Of a stretch of 64,000 bases of DNA, positions 53,562-64,000 are shown one piece after another. This DNA comes from Anaeramoeba ignava BMAN (taxonomy: Eukaryota; Protista; Anaeramoebae), in contig JAPDFW010000059.1 in NCBI GenBank assembly GCA_028826165.1, forward strand, positions 1,736,001 to 1,800,000, given 5' to 3'. Under the pieces are notes generated by a model that was not told the DNA's origin, did not search any database, and saw only the letters and a list, made by a program, of their open reading frames with translations. Numbering within the stretch: the first letter of the stretch is position 1; each line of letters opens with the position of its first letter. Made by a program: the position numbers and the translations under genes.

Positions 53562-55470
53562 ATGGCAGATTTGTCAGATGAATTCAATGATTTTGTTGTT
53601 TCTGATATAACAAGTTCAGATGAAGAATCAAAACAAAAGAAAAAAACAAAAGAAAAGCAAAAACAACAAAAACAAAAACAACAAAGACATAAACACAAAC
53701 ACAAACATAAACACAAAAATAAACACAAAGACAAAGACAAATCACAGAATGAAAGTAGTGACATTGATAGCGACAGTGATATTGATGTTCTTGGCGAAAT
53801 TCAGTCCATTAAAACAGGAATAACTCCCAAACAAGATCGAAAAAAAGAAACAAAATCACAAGAACCAGATCAGCAGAAAGAAAGGGAAAAAATGCGGCGA
53901 ATCAGATCTCAAAAAGCAGTTAATTTATTTGAGCAAATTGATCCATTAAATGAACCTATTGTTGAAAAACAACCAATTTCAGTTCCAAATAATACAGTTT
54001 CAATGAAATCAAAACCCCCTGATATGTACACGGAAATGAGAAATCTCGATAAATACAACGCAACTACTCAGAAAAAGACGAAAAGACGCCATCGCCACAA
54101 GTTAAAAAAACTCAAATCAATTTCTTCTCCTTCTGAAAACGAAAGTAGTGACATTGATAGCGACAGTGATATTGATGTTCTTGGCGAAATTGAATCCATT
54201 AAGACAGGAATAACTCCCAAACAAGAATCGTTTTGAGGAAATTATGCTTCCAGAACCAGATAAAGAACAAGAAAGACAACAAATGCGCAGACTCAGATCT
54301 CAAAAAGCTTTCGATTTATTCCAGCAAGTCGATCCTTCAAAAATTGCAGAAGAGAAAACGGTTGGCATTGACAGCTCCCAATATCAAAGTCAATCAAAGT
54401 CAACCCAACAACAAGATGATGAAGAGAAATTATTTCAACAAATGCAATCACAAATTAAAACTGAGCAAACACAAAGCAAAAAAAACGAAAAAAAACCAAG
54501 AAAGAAACATAAAAAACTCAAAGTCTCTTCTCCTTCTGAAAACGAAAGTAGTGACATTGATAGCGACAGTGATATTGATGTTCTTGGCGAAATTCAATCC
54601 ATTAAGACAGGAATAACTCCCAAACAAGATCGAAAAAAAGAAAAAAAATCAGAAGAACCGAATAAAGAGCAAGAAAGGAAACAAATGAGGCAACTCAGAT
54701 CTCAAAAAGCATTTGATTTATTTGCGGAAATTGATCCATTAACGGAAAAAGAAAAACAAGAACAATCTTTAAAATATTCACAAATTTCACAACAAGAAGA
54801 ACAAAACAAGATCCAACAGAACTCACCAAGATATTCAACTTCAACGCATCAAGAAGATGTCGATTCTCAAAAATCATCTCAAAAAATTTCAAGTGATGCT
54901 AAACAACTTAGTTTGGATATTGATGATGAATCAAGAAGTGAAACTAGTATTGATTCAGATGATGTCGATGATTTTGGTGAAATTGTTGAAGAAGAGAAAA
55001 AAGTTAATGAAGAAGATGATCTTTATTCTTTTATTTTTGGAAATTCTGAAGAACCAAAGAAAAAACCATCAAATCAAGAACAATTAAAACAAGAAAAATT
55101 AAAACAAGAACAATTAAAACAAGAAAAATTAAAACAAGAAAAATTAAAACAAAAAAAATTAAAACAAGAAAAATTAAAACAGGAACAATTAAAACAAGAA
55201 AAATTAAAACAAGAACAATTAAAACAAGAACAATTAAAACAAGAACAATTAAAACAAGAACAATTAAAACAAGAAAAATTAAAACAAGAACAATTAAAAC
55301 AAGAAAAATTAAAACAAGAACAATTAAAACAAGAACAATTAAAACAAGAACAATTAAAAAGAAATGTTCAAACTCCTCAAAATGAAAGACTTTCAAAGAT
55401 TGATTTGGAAAATTTAGATTTCTCTTCAGATAGTGATGAATCAATTAATAGTAGTGATCTTGATTTTTAA
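53562..55470 (+). CDS. Hypothetical low-complexity protein with three internal repeats and an (LKQEQ/K)n tail; frameshift near 54230
   Basis: NESSDIDSDSDIDVLGEIxSIKTGITPKQ x3 and RxxRSQKAxxLFxxxDP x3. Head-to-head with MED16. Confidence 0.7.
55073..55358 (+). repeat. 15-bp coding minisatellite (CAAGAAMAATTAAAA)
   Basis: Tandem array encoding QEQLK/QEKLK. Confidence 0.9.
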
Positions 55471-55781
55471 TCATTTTCTTCTTTTCTTTTCTTTTCCTTT
55501 TCTTTTCTTTTTTTCTTTTCCTTTTTTCTTGTTTGTTTTGTTCTTTCTTGTTAGATTTCTTTTTTTTTTTCATTCCACATTTTAATCTTACTCTCTTATT
55601 TTTTTTTGCTAAATCATTCAGTAAAATTCTTTCATTAAAACCATTGAAAAATTTAACAAAATAAAACATTTTTTAATTTTAATTTTAATTTTAATTTTTA
55701 ATTTAAATTTAATTTTAATTTTAATTTTATTTTTAATTTTGATTTTAATTTTAATTTTAATTTTTAATTTTAATTTTAATT

Positions 55782-57390
55782 TTAATTTTGATTTTTAATT
55801 TTAAATTTAATTTGGATTTTGATTCTAAATTTAATATCAATTCCTATTTGAATTTCATTAATTATTTCTTGTGTAATTTCAATTTCATCTTTAATTTGAT
55901 TTGAATAAATCCAATATTCAAATATTTGGAATGATTTATTACTTAATTCACTATAATCTGTAACTTTATTTGAAGTATCATTTGTTACAGATAAAAACAT
56001 TCCTCGATATAATTCACTTCTCATTATTAATATTAATTTAGGAAATTTATATTGTTTTTCTTTTCTTTCAATTATAAAATCTTTTTCATTTTCATTTTCA
56101 TTTAAATAAATTCTTTTCATTGTTTCTTCAATTTTTTCATTTAAATTTATAATTTCTTTAATTTCAAAATATAATATTGGATTTATTTTGGAATTATTTG
56201 AATAAATTATTTCAAATATTTGATTTGATTCTTTAATTGATTTATTTGAAATAATTTCTTGAAGTTTTTCAATTTGATTTTGATTTTGATTTAATCTATA
56301 TTTCAATATTAATTTATGAGCTTCAATTATTTCTCCATTTTCTGTTTTAAATGAAATATTGCAAAATTCTTTTCTTCTAAATAATTTTATCAAATCTTCT
56401 TCAAGATTAGGAAAAAGGAGAAAGAAAAGGAGAATAATAAAGAAATGAATTTTCATCTCCACAACAAATATGATAATTAGAAATATTTTCATTAAATCTT
56501 AATTTAGGAAGTTTAATTTGAATTGGAATTGATTATGGTTCTGTATCTCCAGTTCCTAATTGACCAAAAGAATTATATCCAAATCCGATTAGTTTCCCTT
56601 TTGAAGTTAAAATCAAAGTATGATGAAATCCAACAGAAATATCAAGAATATTATCATCATTTTCAAATAAAGATGATTTGATTTCAGTAAATTCATAAGT
56701 ATATTTGCCAAGTCCATTAAAAAGATATCTTCCACATGAATAAAGTTTTCTTTTTGAATTTTCATTTTAATTTTCATTTTCAATTAACATTATTGAATGA
56801 GAGTTTCCACATTTAATATCAATTATTTTACCTTTTGGAATATTTTGGATTTTGGTTAATTTTTGGATTTTTGTTTCTTCTATTGATTCTCCTAATCCAA
56901 GTTGACCATAATAATTATATCCGCATCCAAATAATTCTTGATTTGAATTTAAAAGAAAAACACAATCTGAAGAATTTCCTGAAAATATTTTAGAAACATT
57001 TTTCATCATTAAAATTGGTTTTTGTGTTTTTGGAAGTGTTTTAGAATCGAAGCCAAGTTGATTATTATAATTTAAACCAATTCCATAAGCATTTTGATTT
57101 GAAGTTAATAAGTAAATTGAATTGTATCCAGAAACAATATCTTCAATTATTCTATCATTTTTATTTTTAATTAATGATGAAATATTGATAAATTCTTTTG
57201 GATTTTTTGAATTAATATATTCTCCTTTAGCAAATACATTTCCTTCTTTTGTTAAAATAGCTTCATTAAAATAACCAACAGTTACTTTTTGAATATTTTC
57301 TTTAATTTGGATTTTTTCAGGTTTTGGTTTTGAATCTTCTTCATTTAAATATTCTATTGCTTTTCCATTTTTAAAAAGGAAAATTGTTTT
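55782..57390 (-). pseudogene. RCC1-BTB paralog, copy 4 (5'- and 3'-truncated, in-frame stops)
   Basis: Homologous to copies 1-3; TAA at 56767-56769 and 56533-56535; lacks the MNEIIFFGQ start. Confidence 0.85.
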
Positions 57391-58395
57391 TATTTTTTGT
57401 TTTTTAAATAAGAAATCCCAATTTGAATAAATTGAAATTAATTTAAAATATAAATAAATAATCACAAAAACTTATTTATAAACATTGATATATTCATTTT
57501 ATTATAAATAAATTAAAATTAATAAAGGAATAAAAAATGAAAAAAATGAAAAAAAATTTTAAAAAAAAAATGAAAAAAAATTAATTTTTATTTTATTAAA
57601 TTTTTTATAAGAAAAATCAAAATAAAAAATCCAAATTAAAATTAAAAAAAATAATAAAATAAAAATTAAAAATAATCTAAAAATGAAAAATTGATAAAAA
57701 ATGAATAAAAAGAAGCAAAATGAATAATAAAAAGAAAAAAGAGGAAAATAATCAAAGAATAATAAACTTCTTGAATAATTTCTGAAATAAAATTATGAGA
57801 AAAAAAGAAATAGAATAAAATTAATTAAAAAATTATATTTAAAAAATACATAACAAAAGGCTTGATAAATTAGACATAATTTTAATAAGAAAAAAACTCT
57901 ATTTTAATAATTTTAATTCATTAACTTTTAAGACAAATATTAAGTTTTAATTCAAAATTTTTTTTTAAATGATAATTTATGTTAATTTTTTAATTAAAAA
58001 TGAAATAAAAAAAAAATAAATAAAAAATCGGAAAAAAAAATTTAATAAAAAAAATAACAATAATAATAACAAGTAAATATATGAAGAGAAAGGAAATTTA
58101 TTTAATTTTTTTTCATTAAATTGATTTATAATTTAATTTAATTATTTTTTAAAAGAATCAAAACTAATTTTAAATTAAAAAAACCTTTAATAAATTATTT
58201 AATTAAATTTTTAATCAAAAAAGCCTTTAATAATTTATTTTTTTGAAATTAAATTTAAATTATTTAAATAAGGAACTTAAATTATTTATTATTAAATTTG
58301 ATATAAGAGTAAATAGGAAAAATATAAATTAAAAAAAAATTTTTTTTTTCATTTTTTTTTCATTTTTTTTAAACAAAAACAAAAAGACAAACACA

Positions 58396-58686
58396 ATGAA
58401 TACAAACACAATGAATACAAATGCAATGAATACAAACACAATGAATACAAACACAATGAATACAAACACAATGAACACAAATGCAATGAATACAAACACA
58501 ATGAATACAAACACAATGAATACAAACACAATGAATGCAAACACAATGAATACAAACACAATGAACACAAATGCAATGAATACAAATGCAATGAATACAA
58601 ACACAATGAATACAATGAATACAAACACATTGAAAACAAATGCAATGAATACAAATGCAATGAATACAAACACAATGAATACAAAC
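58396..58686 (+). repeat. 15-bp coding minisatellite (ATGAATACAAACACA) = MNTNT
   Basis: About 19 tandem units. Confidence 0.92.
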
Positions 58687-61600
58687 TTATTGAATTTACC
58701 AAACAATCAATTTGATGCTTTACTTTCTGATGAATGTACGATAGACCTCAAAGCTTTATTGAAAATTGAAGCAACCCTTTCTGATTTTACAATAATTTGT
58801 GGTAAAAATCTAAAAGAATTTCGTTGCCATAAATTAATTTTAAGTTCGAGAAGCCAATTTTTCCATTCATTATTCCGACAAAAAGATTTGGAGATAATCA
58901 ATTTCGCTGAATTTGAATATGGAATTGTTGATCCTGTTATGGGTTTTTTGTATACTGGAGAAATTAAAATTCCTCAACAATCTTTTGATTCTTATCACAA
59001 ATTAGCTGATAAACTAATATTACCAAAACTCAAAATCAAAATTGAAAAAGATATTCAACAATCATTAAATCAAGATAACTTAGTTGATGTATATTCTAAA
59101 TCTAAAAGAATTTCATCAGATTTTCTTATTCAATCTTGTGGAGATTTATTAACTCAGAATATTGACCAAATGATTCAATCAAATCAAGTTCAAAAAATCA
59201 ATCAACATGAAGTTATTTGCTTTATTGAAATGATGCTTTTAAACAAAACAACCAATAAACTTAAATTAATTCCAGGTTTAGTTATTGAATGGTTCAAATA
59301 CAACAATTTGAAACCTCAACGAGAATATTCCAAATTACATTTAAAGAATTTACAAATTCCATTTTATAAATCCATTTTTCAATTATTGGAACATATTCAA
59401 TATCTTTATCCAATTTCAGATTATCAAATGTATCAAATTCAGAAATTCTCTTTTTTTCCTTTTGAAACTGTTGTTGAAATCTATAATCATCATGTAATTT
59501 CATTTATTTTGAAATTAAAAACAAAAACAAAAATAAAAACAAAAACAAAAACAAAAATAAAAACAAAAATAAAAACAAAAACAAAAATAAAAACAAAAAT
59601 AAAAACAAAAATAAAAACAAAAATAAAAACAAAAACAAAAACAAAAACAAAAACAAAAACAAAATTAAAAATAAAAACAAAAAAAACAAAAATCTTAAAA
59701 AAAAAACAAAAACAAAAACAAAAATAAAAATAAAAAAAAATAAAATTAAAAACAAAAACAAAAATAAAAACAAAAAAACAAAACAAAAAAACAAAAAAAC
59801 AAAAAGAAAATAAAAAAAAACAAAAAAAAAATTAAAAACAAAAAAAAAACAAAAATAAAAACAAAAACAAAAACAAAAAAAAATAAAAACAAAAAAAAAT
59901 AAAAATAAAAATAAAAATAAAAGATCGAAAAATAAACTGAACAAAAATTAATTCAAGAAAAGAAAGATCTTAAAAAGAAAACAAAAGAATTAATTCAAGA
60001 AAAAGAAGATTTCAAATCAAAGAAAATAAAAAGAAAAAAAAAAAAAAAAGAGAACCAAGAAAAAAAAATTAAGCAAGAAGGAAAAAGATATGACGAAAAA
60101 GAACAGAATTAACCAATCAAAAAAACAAGAATTGATCAAAAGGAAAAAAAGAATGCTAAAGAAAACAAAAAGAACTTGATCGAAAGGAAAAAAAAATCAA
60201 GAAGGAAAAAAAAGAATTAAGAACAAAAAACAAGCGAGATTCAACTAAGTCAAACCAAGTAATTTTATTTCAAATTAATATATATATTCAAATTGAATCA
60301 AAAATATAATTTGAATTTAATTAATCTCTAATTTATTAATTATTAATATATTTATTTCCAAAACTAATTTATTAATTTTCATTCAAATAAAAATAGCCAG
60401 TAAATATTTTTTTTTAAATTAAAAATTTATTTTAAATAATTTGAATTGAAAATATTTAATAAAAACAAAATAGCCTGTAAATTAATATATTTAAAAACAA
60501 AAAATAATTCTCAAAATAAAAATGAAAATTATTTATAAAATAAATAGAAAGTAAATATATATTTTCATTTCCCATTTTTTCTCATTTTCCCAATTTTTTA
60601 ATTTGAGAAATTTCAAAATAAATATTCTCTCCTTTTTTTTATGCTTAATTCTTTTTTTATTTATTTATAATTAATTATTATTTAATAAATAGGAAGTAAA
60701 TATATTTTCCTTGCCATTTTGTTCATTTGTGGAATTTAAAAATTAAATATTTTTTTCTTTTTTTTTAAACCTAATTATTTTAATTTATTCATAAAATATT
60801 TAAAAATTTATTAATTCAAAAATAATTATTCATAAAATAAATAGGAAGTAAATATCTTTTTTTTGCCAATTTTTTTCTTCACAATTCCTTTTTTTATTAA
60901 TTGTTTAATTATTATTCAATTTATTAAATAGCCAGTAAATAATTAAATTTAAAAAAAAAAGAAATTATTATTAAAATAATATTAAATTAATATTTATTAT
61001 TATTTTGGAAAAAAAAATTAATCTATTTTGATTTATTATTTAATTTTCACACATAAAAATTTTACAAATTTAAAGAGTAACAACGTTGAAATTGAAAAGG
61101 AATTAAAGCTTTTGGATGATGAATTTAACAAATCAGATTATGTAATTCAAACAAAAATAAAAACAAAACAAAAACATTTTTAATTTAATTTTATTTAATT
61201 TTTTAAAAATAAATTTAGAAAAAGAAGGTTTGAATTATTTTTTGATTAAAATTAACAACAATTAGTTCTTAATTTATTAACTCATTTTTATTATTTAAAT
61301 TATGAATAATTTGTTTTAATTCATTTATTTTTTGAATTATTTTGTTTTTCCAATATTAAATTTAAAAACAAAAATAAAAAAGAAAGGAGCAACTTTATTA
61401 CATTATTTTGCACAAAAGAAACCAATTAATAATGATCTTTTTAATCATTTTATTAAATCAGGAGTTGATTGGAATAAACAAGATGTAAAATAATATATAA
61501 TTTTTTTCCAATTTAAATTACATTTTTATTATTCAAAAAACAAAAACAAAAACAAAAATAATTAAATTAAAATTATTTTATTTAAATATTAAATAAATAT

Positions 61601-61775
61601 CAAAAATAATTAATTTTTATTTTTAAATTGAATAATATTAAATTATTTATAATAGGAAGTAAAAATAAATCAAAATCAAAATTTACTTTTTTTTTCTTTT
61701 TTCTTTTTTTGAAAAAAATGAATTATTTATTGAATGAAAATTTGTTTTTATTTTATTTTGAAAAAAAAATAGTAT
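58396..61775 (+). CDS. BTB-BACK + coiled-coil + ankyrin protein, multi-exon. Exon1 58396-59493, noisy exon about 59924-60258, putative microexons, exons 61076-61141 and 61383-61484; 3' end unresolved
   Basis: BTB (SDFTII...CHKLILSSRSQFF...FLYTG); phase-0 donor at 59494; ankyrin-like exon KGATLLHYFA...FIKSGVDWNKQD. Linking the downstream exons to this gene is inferred. Confidence 0.65.
59512..59920. repeat. (AAAAAC/AAAAAT)n intronic microsatellite
   Basis: Lies between GT 59494 and AG 59922-59923. Confidence 0.8.
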
Positions 61776-61780
61776 GTAAA
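60392..61780 (+). other. Eight AATAG-NNN-GTAAA motifs, putative 3-nt microexons
   Basis: CCA 60397, CCT 60474, AAA 60548, GAA 60693, GAA 60845, CCA 60932, GAA 61656, TAT 61773. Confidence 0.65.
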
Positions 61781-64000
61781 AATAAACATTTTTTTTTGTG
61801 ATTTTTCTTTTGAATAAAAATAAAAACAAATTTCCCAAATAATATAATATTTATTTAATTCATTTGGAAAAAAAAATAATCTAAATTTAATTTAATTTAA
61901 TTTAATTTGAAATTGGGGAAATATCAAATAAGATTTTGATTTTTAATTTTATTAAGAAAATCATAAGTGAGATTTCTACATGTTTTTTTATGTTTTTTTT
62001 TGAAGTAATTTTGATAAAAAGAAAATAAAAGGAAAATGGAATAATTCATTTTTAAATTAATTTTTATAATCATATTCTATTTAATCTTTCAAGTAAGAAT
62101 AATATATCAAATAATCTGTATAATATTCTGATTATTCTTTTCATTATTTTGATTCTAACTCTAATTCTGATATCTTTATTAATTAATATTTCCAAATATT
62201 CTTTGTATCCTTTCTTAGATTTATTTTATTTGTTATAATTTATTTTCTTTGAATCTTTCTTTCTTTTTTGAATTTGTTTTTATTTTTGAATTTTTTATTT
62301 TCAGAATTATCCTTGTTATTTATCTTATTAATTTTATTATCATTATTGAATTTGATTTTGAATTTGATTTTCTTCATTATTTCTCATTTTCTATTCATCT
62401 TTCTTATATTATATTCTATTTCCCATTAACTATAAATTATGATATAATTTCAAATATCTTCTGAATATATTTTATTGTTTATTTTTTCATATATTTACCT
62501 TCTGTTAATTTCTTTTATTAGTTTTTTTTGTTTATTTATTTAATTGAATGAATTGATTTTTATTCATTTATTTCTTATTTCTTGATAAATTTAATATTTT
62601 ACAAATAAAAAGAAAATAATTTAATATTTCTTTTCTTTCTTTAAATAACATAGATATATTTCATATTATTATTTTTTTTTCATTTAATAAGTATATTTAT
62701 TGATTCTATTTATGAAAATTATTAATTTTAGAAGAATAATATTTTTGATATTTTAGATATTTTTATTCTTTGATTTTTGGTTTTTATAATTTAATTATTT
62801 CTAAATAAGTTATTTTTCTATCCTTGATTCATTCTAATTTATTTTTATCTTTCTAAAAATAAATATTCTTTGAATTATTTTTGAAATATTTTTGTATTCC
62901 TTATTTCTATCTTATTTATAAATATTGAATATAATTTCTTGAATTAAGATTTTCTAATTTTATTTTAATTTTTCTATTATTTTCTATATTCTTATATTTA
63001 TTTGAATTATGAAATTAGAAATGTTTATTTCATTCCAAAAGTCAAAATATATGAATATAAATTAATTTTTATATAAACTTGATTTAATATGTTTATTAAC
63101 AATTAAATTTATTCTTTTTGATATTATTTTTTTTTTATTAATAATAATATTAGGGTTTTTCTTACATAATATAATTATGTAAGAATTGTTATTTTATAAA
63201 TAATTATTTTTATAAATGATTTGAAATATTATTTAAATTGATTATAAACCTTAATTAATTAATTAAAATTTTTCTTTGAATTTTTGAATATTATTTTCAA
63301 TATATTTATTTGAATTAAGCAATAATTTCAAGATATTTTAATATTTCCTTTTATTTTATTTTTATTTTTTTATTTGATTTTTAATTCATAATTTTCAAGA
63401 ATTGTTATTAATATTATTTGAACTTTAAATACAATTTCTATATATGAAAATTTTTATATCAATATAATCATATAATCAATAATAAAATTTTATCTCTTCA
63501 ATAATAAAATGATTAATCATTCCAAATATTAAAAAGGGATAAATAATATTTCTCTTTCTGATTTATTCCATATTTATTTACCTTTATAATATTTATTTAA
63601 GAAGTTTTAAATAATAATAATAATAATAATATTGATGAAATTTTGATAATAATTTTTCTAATTAATTTTCTAATTAATTATATCAAAAATATTTTTGAAT
63701 ATTTATATTTATTATATAAGGTTATTTTATTTATATTAATTTATTTTGTAATTTTAAAATTTCTATTCTTATATTCATTATTTTTCTAAATCCAATTTAT
63801 TTATACAAAATATATTCTCTCATAATAATTTAATTTATTCAAATATTCTTTTCAAAAATAATAAATATTCTTATTAATAAATTATTTATAGATAAACATA
63901 ATTCTTCTTGAAAACATTTAATTTATTACTTTTGGATTCATATTCTTTATTTATTCTTTTATTATTCTGTTTTATTTATTTAATAAATTGATAATGATAA

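Noticed and set aside
17600-54240. Programmed frameshifting in BTB-TLDc, RCC1-BTB, MED16 and the orphan gene
   Set aside because: Most shifts lie in homopolymers or short repeats and are absent from intact paralogs, which fits long-read errors or decay.
56533-56769. TAA-to-Gln recoding suggested by in-frame TAA, one at a paralog's CAA position
   Set aside because: Intact genes here end in TAA and long ORFs lack internal TAA. This copy is truncated, so ordinary nonsense mutations are more likely.
59494-59727. KTKTKI C-terminal tail of the 443-aa ORF
   Set aside because: It starts at a phase-0 GTAATT donor and is better explained as an intronic microsatellite.
62000-64000. Possible decayed reverse transcriptase on the minus strand (LRFIINL, TFGM fragments)
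   Set aside because: Motif spacing is off, no YxDD was found and stops are frequent. Not supportable without a profile search.

Overview
AT-rich eukaryotic (protist) genomic DNA with GT-AG introns, standard code and long-read-style homopolymer indels. Gene content (BTB/RCC1/TLDc expansions, an intein, NQ/NE microsatellite tracts) suggests an Anaeramoeba-like metamonad; this is inference only. Left to right: a Cdc14 phosphatase with an intein at its catalytic HC motif (runs off the left edge); a BEACH-WD40 gene; an NDR/Dbf2-type kinase; a Chtop/FoP-like gene; BTB-TLDc copy 1; and an ADP-ribosylhydrolase whose 18.6 kb first intron hides a 16.7 kb hAT-like DNA transposon. The transposon has TIRs, an 8-bp TSD, a spliced transposase, two satellites, a GC-rich hairpin and an inverted relic of its own transposase. 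Then follow BTB-TLDc copy 2, three tandem hypervariable RCC1-BTB genes, a CH-CH coiled-coil gene, MED16, a repeat-rich orphan and an RCC1-BTB pseudogene. Last is a BTB-ankyrin gene that appears to contain eight single-codon (3-nt) microexons. All translations, splice joins and alignments were done by eye; no database searches were run.
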